Below the pieces are notes generated by a model. That model was not told where the DNA came from and did not search any database. It was given only the letters and a program-made list of their open reading frames with translations. Positions 52,930-64,000 of a stretch of 64,000 bases of DNA are shown here, piece by piece (within the stretch, counting starts at the first letter, position 1; every line of letters begins with the position of its first letter). Both the position numbers and the translations under genes were made by a program. Source of the DNA: Eledone cirrhosa (taxonomy: Eukaryota); contig OZ024741.1 in the NCBI GenBank assembly GCA_964016885.1, positions 280,984,001 through 281,048,000 of the forward strand, written 5' to 3'.

Positions 52930-55551
52930 GATCTCCTCGGAACAAATAGACATGCTATCTCTATGCAGTGATCCAAAGGATGACATCACACCATGTGGCA
53001 GTATATGATGACTTAAATATATCCCAACCTAGGAGCACTAAAGTATTTGAATATATTCTGTAATTGCCCCTATATAAAAAATGTTTTTATAACATAAAAT
53101 TGAGGTATGTTCCTTATTCCTTCTTTGACTCAGACTCAGATCGAGGATTTAAAAAAAGCTAAATCAGCATTGGCTAGTGCATCTTTGCTGACCCACCCAG
53201 TGTCCAATGCCAATCTTTTGCTTTGTGTTGATGCATCGGATACTGCAGTGGGTGCAGTCTTACAACAGAGTAGTGATGATCACCAACAACCATTGGAATT
53301 TTTCTCCAGGAAGTTGAAGCCTGCAGAAACTCACTACAGCACCTTTGGCCGGGAGCTGTTAGCCATCTACCTTTCCATGAAACATTTTTCACATATGCTC
53401 GAAGGAAGGTGTTTTACAATCTATACTGACCATAAACCTTTGACCTTCGCTTTAAGGGCAAAGTCCGACAAGTACTCGCCCAGAGAAACAAGGCATTTCG
53501 ACTTTATCTCGCAATTCACAAACGACATCCAACACATTCCAGGCTCATTAAACACAGCGGCTGACGCCCTGTGTCGATTGCCGATCAGTTCAATTGCGTC
53601 ATCCCACGACATCGATTTAAATCATTTGGCAGCAGACCAACCTGCACTGGAATCGTTGGATATTACATCAGCCGAATTTGCGACGAGTAATTTGAAATAC
53701 CTGCCATTGCCCACCGCAGATGGACAGTTTCTCTGCGACGTTTCCATGGATTCACCGAGACCATTCGTCCCACTAAACCATCGTCATACTGTGTTTCTTG
53801 CTTTACACAGCATTTCCCACCCAGGATCTTCTGCCACAGTAAAGCTCATAACAGCCAGATTCTTCTGGCCAAATATGAGGTGCGATATTACTGCTTGGTG
53901 CCGTTCCTGCATTGATTGCCAGAAATCAAAAATCCATAAACACATTAAGGCTCCGCTTGGTACGTTCAGTACACCGGACGCCCGTTTCCGACACATTCAT
54001 GTGGACATCGTGGGACCTTGGCCAGTCAGTGGTGGTCACACTTATCTATTGACTGTTATTGATCGTTTTTCGCGATGGCCTGAAGCCATCTCTTTGAAAG
54101 ACATCACTGCTGAAACGACAGCGTGTGCGCTAGTATCAGGATGGATTGCCCGCTTTGGAGTGCCAACCACGATTACAACGGACCGTGGAAGACAGTTTGA
54201 ATCGAATCTCTTCTATGAATTGACGAAGATCATTGGCGCTAAATGCATCCGAACAACTGCATATCATCCTGCCTCTAATGGAATGGTGGAGCGCTTCCAC
54301 CGACAACTAAAAGCCACTCTACGGACTTCTCCTGACTCTACGCGTTGGAGTGAGTACCTCCCTATTGTGTTGTTGGGGATTTGGTCATCAATAAAGGAGG
54401 ACCTTGGGTTCTCCCTGGCCGAATTATTGTATGGTGCTCCTCTAGCATTGCCTGGGCAAATGCTTGCCCCTGTCGATCTTGCTGCACAAGATCCGCTTTC
54501 CTACGTATCCCGTCTGCGTTCTTATTTTCAGGACCTGCCGCCAATGGATACGAGGAAACAAACTGTAAAATCTGCAGTCCCGAGGGATATTGCCTCGTGG
54601 ACCCATGTGTTCGTAAGAAACGATGCTGTGAGACCACCTCTCACACAACCGTACTCTGGACCCTACCGTGTGTTGGCTCGTTCTGATAAACATTTCACTC
54701 TAGACATTAAGGGATCCAGAGAGACCATTGCGGTTGATAGACTTAAACGGGCCCACACAGATGCTCACACACCTGAGCCACATACACCCCCATCTTTCTA
54801 TTTTGCACACACACCTGTTTCTTTGGCCCTCCCCATCACCAAGATATAAGACTACGACCCGTTCCGGTCGGAGGGTTCATTGGCCCAAAAAACTGTGTAG
54901 CACGGTGTATTTTTAAACTGCTATTGTGCGGTGCTTTAATCCTGTAGTGACTTTTGGAACTTTTAGGAAATTGTATTTACATTTTATTACATTTGTTTTT
55001 TCCTTTCACGTTCTTGAATGCTTGTTTAATATGTATTTTTGAAATTTGTTGTGCCCTTCATGCTCGGTTGGGCTGATTGCTCCTTGGTTTGGGATTTTTG
55101 ATGGTTGTTAATCGGTTTTTCTACATACATGATTCGATGAACCGATTTTTATATAATTTTCTAAAAATCTGGTGGGAGACCATGTAGAAGATCACGCCAT
55201 CTAGCGTCAACTGTGAAGGCAGTCGATTAACTGCCCTTAGTTCTGACGTCATGTTCTGACGTCAGTAGCTGATATTTATTAAACGATGATCTCCTCGGGA
55301 ACAAATAGACATGCTATTTCTATGCAGTGATCCAAAGGATGACATCACACCATGCGGCAGTATACAACGACTTAAATATATCCCAACCTAGGAGCACTTA
55401 AGTATTTGAATATATTCTGTAATTGCTCCTATATAAAAAATGTTTTTATAATATAAAATTGAGGTATGTTCCTTATTCCTTCTTTGACTATGTGCCAGTA
55501 AACAATATCCAATTAGACGGGATGACTGACGACCAGCGCCCTGCCTAAATA
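52823..55551 (+). mobile_element. Internally deleted Ty3/Gypsy LTR retrotransposon
   Basis: 5' LTR at 52823-53130 (3'-truncated), 3' LTR at about 55183-55551 starting TG after the PPT ggtgggaga. PBS, gag, protease and RT are absent. Confidence 0.92.
53107..54849 (+). CDS. Gypsy pol remnant: RNase H and integrase
   Basis: RNase H motifs [28 protein letters not shown] finger (H-HPG, CIDC). DDE core (HVDIVGP, TDRGRQF, NGMVER). PYSGPY. The start codon comes from the LTR. Confidence 0.9.
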   Translation: MFLIPSLTQTQIEDLKKAKSALASASLLTHPVSNANLLLCVDASDTAVGAVLQQSSDDHQQPLEFFSRKLKPAETHYSTFGRELLAIYLSMKHFSHMLEGRCFTIYTDHKPLTFALRAKSDKYSPRETRHFDFISQFTNDIQHIPGSLNTAADALCRLPISSIASSHDIDLNHLAADQPALESLDITSAEFATSNLKYLPLPTADGQFLCDVSMDSPRPFVPLNHRHTVFLALHSISHPGSSATVKLITARFFWPNMRCDITAWCRSCIDCQKSKIHKHIKAPLGTFSTPDARFRHIHVDIVGPWPVSGGHTYLLTVIDRFSRWPEAISLKDITAETTACALVSGWIARFGVPTTITTDRGRQFESNLFYELTKIIGAKCIRTTAYHPASNGMVERFHRQLKATLRTSPDSTRWSEYLPIVLLGIWSSIKEDLGFSLAELLYGAPLALPGQMLAPVDLAAQDPLSYVSRLRSYFQDLPPMDTRKQTVKSAVPRDIASWTHVFVRNDAVRPPLTQPYSGPYRVLARSDKHFTLDIKGSRETIAVDRLKRAHTDAHTPEPHTPPSFYFAHTPVSLALPITKI

Positions 55552-55782
55552 TGTATATATATATATGTTTATATATGTATGTATATATGTATATATATGT
55601 ATTTATATATGTATATATATGTATGTATATATATATATATATGTATATATATGTATGTATATATGTATATATATGTATGTATATATGTATATATATGTAT
55701 GTATATATGTATATATATGTATGTATATATGTATGTATATATGTATATATTTGTATGTATTTATGTATATATATATATGTAT

Positions 55783-58161
55783 TGTGGCTGGAGCAGACCT
55801 ATAGGCAGGAGGAGAGTAACTTGGTATTGGAACAGTAAGGTGGAGAAGACAATCAAGGCCAAAAAGCAGGCTTGGAAAGTACGGCGGGATGGGGGAAGTA
55901 GAGAACACTATCAAGTGGCCAGGAGAGAAGCTAGGAGACAAGTGTACTTTGCAAGAAGGGAAGCAGAGGATAGAAAGTTCAAGCATGTTCTACAACGTGA
56001 GGTGTTCAGGATTGCAAGACAATGTGTCAAGGAAAACCGTGATATTGTCGGGGCGAAGTGTGTCCGTAATGATGATGATGTATTTGCCCTCACTGATACT
56101 AATAAGAAGGTAGCTTGGAAGTGTCACTACGAGAGACTACTAAATGAGGAGAATAAATGGGAAAAAGATAGTCTGCCCCAAATCGATCCAATAGAGGGAT
56201 CAACAGTGCAAGTTAAAGGAAGTATAATAAGTAAGGCAATCAAAGATATGAAGACAGGCAAGGCAGCTGGGCCTTTGGAGATAGTTGCTGAGATGTTGAA
56301 AGCATCTGGAATGGTGGGACATACTATGGTCACCCGGATAGTAAACCAAGTAATACAGAATGGGGTCATATTAAATGACTGGCATAGCAGCATCATCATT
56401 AACTGCTACAAGGGTAAAGGGGATGCTCTAGATAGGGGAAACTATAGAGGTATTAAGTTAGTTGACCAGGTCATGAAGGTCACAGAAAGAGTTATCGCAC
56501 AACTAATCAGAGAGCGAATTTATCTAGATAAAATGCGGTTTGGGTTTGTGTCAGGTAAAAGTACCACAGATGCTCTTTTCCTTGTACGACAACTACAGGA
56601 GAAGTACCTAGCTAAAAGTAAACCCCTCTATTTAGCTTTTGTTGACTTGGAGAAAGCCTTTGACAGAGTCCCCTCGCTCCATTATCTGGTGGGCTCTTAG
56701 AAAACTAGGTGTAGAGTGGCTTGTGAGAGCTATACAAGCCATGTATAAAGAAACAGTCAGCAAGGTTAGAATTAACAACGAATATAGTGAAGAGTTTAGC
56801 GTAAAAGTTGGTGTTCATCAGGGCTCCCTTCTTAGCCCCCTACTATTTATTATTACCCTTCAGGCTATAACAGAGGAGTTCAAGACCAGCTGCCCATGGG
56901 AACTCCTATATGCAGATGATCTAATGCTCATAGCTGAATCAATGGCTGAACTAGAGAAGAAATTCGAAACATGGAAGCATGGCCTAGAATCAAAAGGCCT
57001 TAAAGTTAACTTGTCTAAGACTAAAGTTCTAGTATGTAGAAAGGAAAATAGGGCACAGGTGCCCGCTGTGAAATGACCATGCTCAGTGTGTAGGAAATGA
57101 GTAGGGAGAAATTCCATTTTAAGTCCCAAATACAAACTATGGGTACATAAAAGATGTAGTGGGATCACAGGTAAACTATCTAAGAACGTAGATTTTATAT
57201 GTGGCCGATGCTCAGGTGCAATAAGTAGCAAGGATACTAGCTCCTTCTATTGCCCAGATGGTTCTATTGAAATAGTGGACACTTTCTGTTACCTGGGTTA
57301 CAAAATCAGCAGAGGAGGAGGGTGTTCTGAAAGTACAGTAGCCAGAGTTAGAATGGGATGGAAAAAGTTCAGAGAGCTTATACTGCTGTTGGCCACAAAA
57401 GGTTTCTCTCTAAAAATGAAAGGCAGACTGTATAATGCCTGTATACGAACAGAAATGCTACATGGCAGTGAGACCTAGGCATTGTGTGCAGAGGATATAC
57501 GCAGACTGGAGAGAAACGAAGCTTGCATGCTCCGTTGGATGTGTAATAGTAATATACGTGAATGGCAAAACATAAATGAACTAAGTGAGAAATTAGGAAT
57601 AAGAGGGATCAGATGCCGTTTATTTGAGAGAAGACTACGTTGGTATGGTCACGTGATGCACATGAAAGACTACAGCCATATAAAAAAGTGCAGGGCGATC
57701 AAAATTGATGGAAGTTACAGAGTAGGTAGACCCAGAAAACGCTGGGAGGATTTGATAAATTCTGACCTTACACACTTACACCTCTTTAAGACAATGTCAC
57801 TGGACCGAGATCTTTGGCGTTATGCAGTAATACAGAAGACCCACCTTGCCTATGTACAAAGCGAAACCTACAGTCAGTAGGCACTTCTTAACCAAATATA
57901 CACCCCTACTCCATCCTCCCTCTCCTACCAACACCACCCTTTCTCTGTAAAGTTATGTTGGTACCACAACATCCAGTCCAAACTAATGAGGTCGTGTAGG
58001 TGTCACGACAAAACAACACACAGTCCAGGCTGTAATGTGGTTGTGTAGGCAAAACGGTAAAAAGCTCCCAGTCCACACTGTAAATGTGGTTGGTGTTAGG
58101 AAGGGCATCCAGCCATAGTAAACCTGCCAGATAGTCCTATATGAGTGAGACATGGTCACCC
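55783..58161 (+). mobile_element. 5'-truncated, decayed RTEX-like LINE
   Basis: RT fragments with several stops and frameshifts. The 3'UTR is cut by the adjacent transposon. Confidence 0.92.
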
Positions 58162-58164
58162 TTC

Positions 58165-59206
58165 TATGCGAGATCAAAATCGTCTACATGCTCGAATTAA
58201 ATGGACCTGGTTCATATTAGACATTACTCTGACTATGGTGGCTTTCAAAGAATCTTTGGTGTTATGGGGTTGTTCATTAATCTCTCGCTCAACAATGCTT
58301 TACATGCAGTAGTCCAATGGATTGAAATCTGGGGAGTTAGGAGGCCAAATATTAGGGATTATGTGATCAGAAAAACTTTCAGCTATCCATTCCTGTGTTA
58401 TTTGAGCCTTGTGTGAAGCACATAAGGCCTTCCATTACATACACTGTCTATCCAGGGCTTAACAACTGTTTCCAGGACCTCAATGAAGGCAGCAGAGTTA
58501 ACTCTAAGGCCTTGTGGAAAAAAAGTGAGGTGGCATCTCATGTCCTTCATTGCTGATAAGCCCCAAAACCTTGACAGTTGCAGGAAATTTTGTGTTTCTA
58601 ACTGTTGGAATTTAAGAAGGGTCTTCACATAACCATTCTGTCATTTCTTTTGTTAAATTTCTGAAGTTTTTGTCGTCTGAGAAAAACCAAATCACATCAT
58701 CTTCTGGATTTTTAAGTTCGTTTAAGAGCCTTTTAGATTTGATTAAGGGATTTTCTTTTTATTTTCTGACATAAATTGACCTATCCTCATCACATAAGAC
58801 TTATATCTGATGGAGAACATTTCTGACATATGGAAATCTTTTGCAAGTGGCCTTATGGATTTTCTTGGATTGTCATCAATGGTCTGCTGAACTTGCTGGA
58901 TAAATTCAGGTGTTCTGATGATGTCAGTGTTAAGAATGCTTTTTACACTCTGATACTGCTGATATGTTTCCATCTTCAGTCTATAACTCTTCATAAACTT
59001 TGTAGATGGAAGACAACTTTTAAAAATCGAGATATCTCTAAATTGTTATGCTCAGCCTTTAAAACCACAATCACAGCATGCCTTTTCATTCCTTGAGTAA
59101 GTTGAGTATCTGCCATTATTGTTTTCTGAAAAAAGATGATATAAAGTTTAGTAAAATGCAGCAATAACCAAAAAAAGGTATGTCCTCAGATACCTTACAC
59201 ACCCTG
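58165..59206 (-). mobile_element. Decayed Tc1/mariner (maT-like) transposon
   Basis: IRTPEFI...DNPRKSIR and FFPQGLRVNS...VVKPWIDSV.NGRPYV. The end ...acaccctg is followed by TA. Confidence 0.8.
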
Positions 59207-59354
59207 TATATATGTATGTATATATATGTATATAAATATGTATGTGTATGTTTGTATATGTATGTATATGTATGTATATGTGTATGTATGTATATGTAGG
59301 TATATGTGTGTGTATGTATATGTATATATATATATGTATATATGTATGTATTAT

Positions 59355-59935
59355 CATCATCATCGTTTAACGTCTATCTTCCACACTAGCATGGGTTTAG
59401 ATGGGAATTGTCCCACTTGAGGCAAGATAGGTCGTCTCGCTCATATAGGACTGTCTGGCAGGTTTTCTACGGCTGGATGCCCTTCCTAACACCAACCATG
59501 TTTACAGTGTGGACTGGGAGGTTTTTACCGTGTTACCTACACGGCCACATTACAGCGTGGACTGTGTTTTTTGTCGTGACACCTACACGACCTCATTTAT
59601 TTAGGACTGGATGTTGTGGTACCAACATAACTTTACAAAAAAAGGGGTGGTGTTGATGGGGGTGGGGGAGTTGGGGTAATGGGATGGGCGTACCTATTGA
59701 CTGTAGGTTTCGTTTTGTACTTAGGCAAGGCGGGTTTTCTGTATTACTGCGTAGCGCCAAAGATCTCAGTCCAGTGACATTGTCTTAGAGAGATGTAAGT
59801 GTGTAAGGTCGGAATTTATCAAATCGTCCCAGGTTTTTCTGGGTCTGCCTACTCCGTATTTTTATCGCCCTGCACTTTTTTATACAGCTGTAGTCTTTCA
59901 TGCACATCACGTGACCATACCAACGTAGTCTTCTC
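59355..59935 (-). mobile_element. RTEX-like LINE 3' fragment
   Basis: 3'UTR and ORF tail homologous to 19183-19700. Confidence 0.88.
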
Positions 59936-59984
59936 ATTTATATATAAATGCAAGTATGCATACGCACACATACACACGTATATA

Positions 59985-60034
<50 letters not shown>

Positions 60035-61332
60035 TATATACTTTTGGCACAAGGCCAGCAATTACCCAGTACATTACTGGTACCTTATTTATCGACTCCG
60101 TAAGGATCAGAGGCAAAGTTAACCTCGACGGGATTTGAACTCAGACCGTAAAAGGACGTAACTATGCTAGAAAGCATGGCGTCCAACCCTCTACCGATAC
60201 TGCCAATTCACCTCAATTTGTTTGTAAACAAATGGCCCAATTAAAGCTGTGCCAATGACAAATCGTCACCCGTCTGTTCAACACTGGCATTGAGGAACAA
60301 TCAACATATTTCTGGGTCATTACCTATCATCGGGACTGTATTCCTCTGCCAATCTGTTGAACGGTTGAAAGTTTATAGTATTTTCTTAAGCACACATCAG
60401 CTGAGTAGCCTCATTTGCATACCGGGCGAGTTACTGCTGGCCTTGCCAAAAACTAAAAATAAAATTAGAATTTTAATTGTCGCCGTGTATCATCATCATC
60501 ATCATCATCATTGTTTAACGTCTCTCTTCTACACTAGAATAGGTTAGATGGGAATTGTCCCCTTTGAGGCAAGATTGATCGGGTGACAGTGTCTCGCTCA
60601 TATATATATATATATATACTATATATAGAGTTATAAACTCAAACAGTCTTTTACAATTAAATAGCTCAAAGAAAGAGATATTTCTGAGCCGTGAAATACA
60701 AATTAATATAAATTAATATATGATAGACACTAATACAAGTATATAAATGTTTGTATTGCAAATGACCAAGTTAGCTAGATTGAAAAATACTAATTAAATT
60801 AATACAGTTTGCCTGTTTCGATTTAAAATAATAAATCAATAAAAACAAACCCATATTGGCAATAGCCGTGATACCTGGACAAATTTAAATTTCAAAACTC
60901 AAATCTGTTTCGCAACAATAAGTGAAAAATTCCATTTCTATGCTCAGCTGCAGTTATCCAGAAATTGGTATGTTTTACCTCAAAATACTTAGGAAGACTG
61001 AGAGAAAAATGTGTTGTTGAATGCACATGGTGTCCCAGCGTCTAGCCAGTCCTATACTCATGCCGCTAGAAATAGCAGCCATTTATATGGGACTAAAAAA
61101 TTTAGCTCAACAAATGGAGCCGATAATACTATATATAGAGTTATAAACTCAAACAGCCTTTTACAATTAAATAGCTCAAAGAAAGAGATATTTCTGAGCC
61201 GTGAAATACAAATTAATATACAAATCAATCTAGCTAACTTGGTCATTTGCAATACAAACACTTATATACTTGTATTAGTGTTTATAAAATATTAATTTAT
61301 ATTAATTTGTATATATATATATATATATGTAT

Positions 61333-63152
61333 CACCATCATCATCATTACCGTTTTACGTCCGTTCTTCCACGCTAGCATGGGTTAGACGAGTTGTCCTG
61401 TTGGGCAATGTTAGGTCAGGTGACCATGTCTTGCTCATACAGAACTGATTTTAGCTTGTTTTCTACAGCTGGATGCCCTTCCTAACTCCAACCCATTTGC
61501 AGTGAGTACTGGGTGCTTTTTTTATTGTGGCACCTACATGACCACTTTACAGTGTCGACTGGGTGCGATTTGTTGTGACACCTACACAACAGCTTTACAG
61601 TAGTAGGGGTGGGTGGGTGGAATACTGTCTATATGCTTCAGCTGCGGGTATTCTGTATTACTGCGTAACACCAGAGATCTGGGTCCTGTGTCATCGCCTT
61701 TGAGAGGTGCAATTAGGCAAGATGTGTTTTTGTCATCTTATCCCAGGTCTTCTTGGGTCTCCCCACTCCAAGGTTTCCATCGACTCTGAGCGCTCTACAC
61801 TTTTTTATGCAGCTGTCATCCTTCATAAGCATCACATGTCCATAACAACGTAATCTCTTCTCCTGCACACAGCATTTGACTCCTCTTATGTCTAGTCTCT
61901 CTCTCAATTCGTTTATGCTTTGCTGTTCACATATTACACAGCCATCGGAGCATGCAAGCTTCATTTCTTTCCAATCTACACAAGTCTTCTGCACACAATG
62001 CAGAGGTCTCACTCCCACGCAACATTGCTGTTCTAATGTATGCATCATACAGTCTGCCTTTCATTTTGAGGGAAAAACCTTTTGCAGCTAGCAGTGGTAG
62101 TAGCTCCCTGAACTTCTTCCATCCCGTTCTTACTCTGGCTACTGTACTTTCAGAACACCTACCTCTGCTGCTAATTCGGTCACCTAGGTAGCAGAAGCTA
62201 TCTACAGTTTCTACCAAGCCCTCTCAGAATTTGGTAGTGTTTATTTCCTGTAGTCATTGGCTGCTGACTGACCCAGTGCAACTGTTATATGTAAAGCCAA
62301 CATTCTTAGCTAAACTTCCTGAGATCCCACCACATCTCTTGTGTACCCATAGTTTGCATTTGGGGCAGAGGATGGAATTTCTACCTACACTTTTCCTACA
62401 TACTGTTCAAGGCCATTTCCCTGCTGGGATCTGGGTTCTGTTTTCTCTTCTAGTCTTTGTCAGGTTGACTTTGAAAGCCCTTCTTTCCAGGCCCTGCTTC
62501 TATGTTTGGAATTTCTTCTCTAGTTCTGCCATAGATTCTGCTATATGTGTAAGATCATCACCGTACAGAAGCTCCCATGTGCATCCTATCTTAAACTCCT
62601 CTGTTATAGCCTGCAATATGATAATAAACAGGAGAGGGCTAAGAACAGTGTCCTAGTGGACAACCAACCTGTATGTTAAATGCCTTGTTATAGTCATTGT
62701 TAACCTTAACTTTGCTGACTGCTCCCCTATACATGACTTATACAGCCTTCACAAGCCACTCATATACTCCTAGTTTTCTAAGAGCCCACCAGATTATAGC
62801 ACAGGGCACTCTATTGAAGGCTTTTTCCAGATCGACAAATGCCAGGTAGAGCGGCTTACTTTTAGCTAGGTACTTTTCCTGTAACAGCCTTACAAGGAAG
62901 AAGGCATCAGTGGTGTTTTTGTCTGGCATAAACCCAAACTGCATCTCATCTGTCACCTTTAGTAAGTTATTTTTTAGGAACTCCCAGTACTTTTCTATAT
63001 TGAATGTCTCTATCTGTTCTTCTTTACTATCATAGGTGTCAAGTAAGATATCTTTAAAATATGTTACTGGCTGAGAGATCTTTCAGCTTCCAGATCTTTC
63101 TTCTCTATGTTGCCTTTTGTTTCCAAGTTCCTCTAGTTCTGACAATGAGGTC
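61333..63152 (-). mobile_element. Decayed RTEX-like LINE with internal deletions
   Basis: MQFGF...FVDLEKAF and [12 protein letters not shown] remnants, plus 3'UTR. Confidence 0.88.
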
Positions 63153-63756
63153 AATATATATATATATATATATATAGCTTTCCCAATCAATCAAACAAAA
63201 TCTAGTTAGCTACTGTAGGTAAACAGCCAGACAGCCACAAAAGAATCATCTCCAACTTCCATGACATTTGCAAGATGTTTACTAACTTCTGATCCTCCCA
63301 TTGGAACAACAAAATATATCTTCTGGCAGCTGTTACAGCTTAGTGTCTATATCTTAGAAGATAGGCTATGGAGAGAGTGCATAGTTTCACTGCTAACGCT
63401 AACGCTTCATAGTCACCTGTGTTAACGTATGTGTGTTTGTATACTTGTCTGTCTGTCTGTATGCAAGGATGGATGCATGCATGTATTTGTATGTATGTCT
63501 ATAATACATGTTCGTGTGTATGCATGCATGCATGTTTACGTATGTATGTATGCATGTGTGTGTATGTATGCATGTAATGTATGTATCATCATCACTGTTT
63601 AAAATCTGTTTTCTATGCTTACATGGGTTAGATAGATTGTTACCCCCTGTGGCTTGACTGGTCAGGTGACCACTCTAACTTTTATGTTCCATTTTTGGTT
63701 TGTTTTCTACAGTGGCTGGTCTTCCTAACATCAACCATGTTACAGTATGTACTGTG

Positions 63757-64000
63757 TACATTTTATCATGGCACCAGCACTACCATATTATAGGGTGGAT
63801 TGGGTACATTTTATCATGGCACAAACACTATCATCTTATAGGGTCGATTGGGTACATTTTATCATGCCACCAGCACTACCATCTTATAGGGTGGATTGGG
63901 TACATTTTATCATGGCACCAGCACTACCATCTTATAGGGTGGATTGGGTACATTTTATCATGGCACCAGCACTACCATCTTATAGGGTGGATTGGGTACA
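63757..64000. repeat. 48-bp minisatellite inside a LINE-type 3'UTR
   Basis: The unit tacattttatcatggcaccagcactaccatcttatagggtggattggg occurs about 5 times and runs off the window. Confidence 0.92.

Noticed and set aside
63757-64000. Regular repeats resembling a CRISPR array
   Set aside because: The units are contiguous with no unique spacers, the context is eukaryotic, and there are no cas genes.

Overview
AT-rich metazoan genomic DNA. The SINE, LINE and (TA)n repertoire suggests a mollusc, probably an octopus-like cephalopod (inference). The only host gene is a minus-strand ankyrin-repeat gene resembling ANKRD53, with two coding exons at 13815-13910 and 11960-12162. Its downstream exons were not found. 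The rest is a dense collection of mobile elements: several RTE/RTEX-clade LINE families, a CR1 fragment, an internally deleted Ty3/Gypsy element, two Tc1/mariner (maT-like) remnants, tRNA-derived SINEs and long (TA)n tracts. Most long Y/I/M/C ORFs in the track are microsatellite artefacts. Two things the ORF track does not show stand out. (1) There are at least five different sequence families of type I hammerhead-ribozyme-like motifs, about nine copies in total, in ORF-less AT-rich repeats. Several carry non-canonical cores (CCGAAGA, CCGAUGA, CGGAUGA), palindromic stem III or an inverted pLTR-like arrangement, suggesting Penelope-like or retrozyme-type elements. (2) From about 17 to 61 kb there are many fold-back inversions, microhomology junctions and templated insertions, including two RTE-clade LINEs with twin-priming-type 5' inversions. 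All structures were read by eye. No folding, alignment or database search was run, and identity figures are visual estimates.
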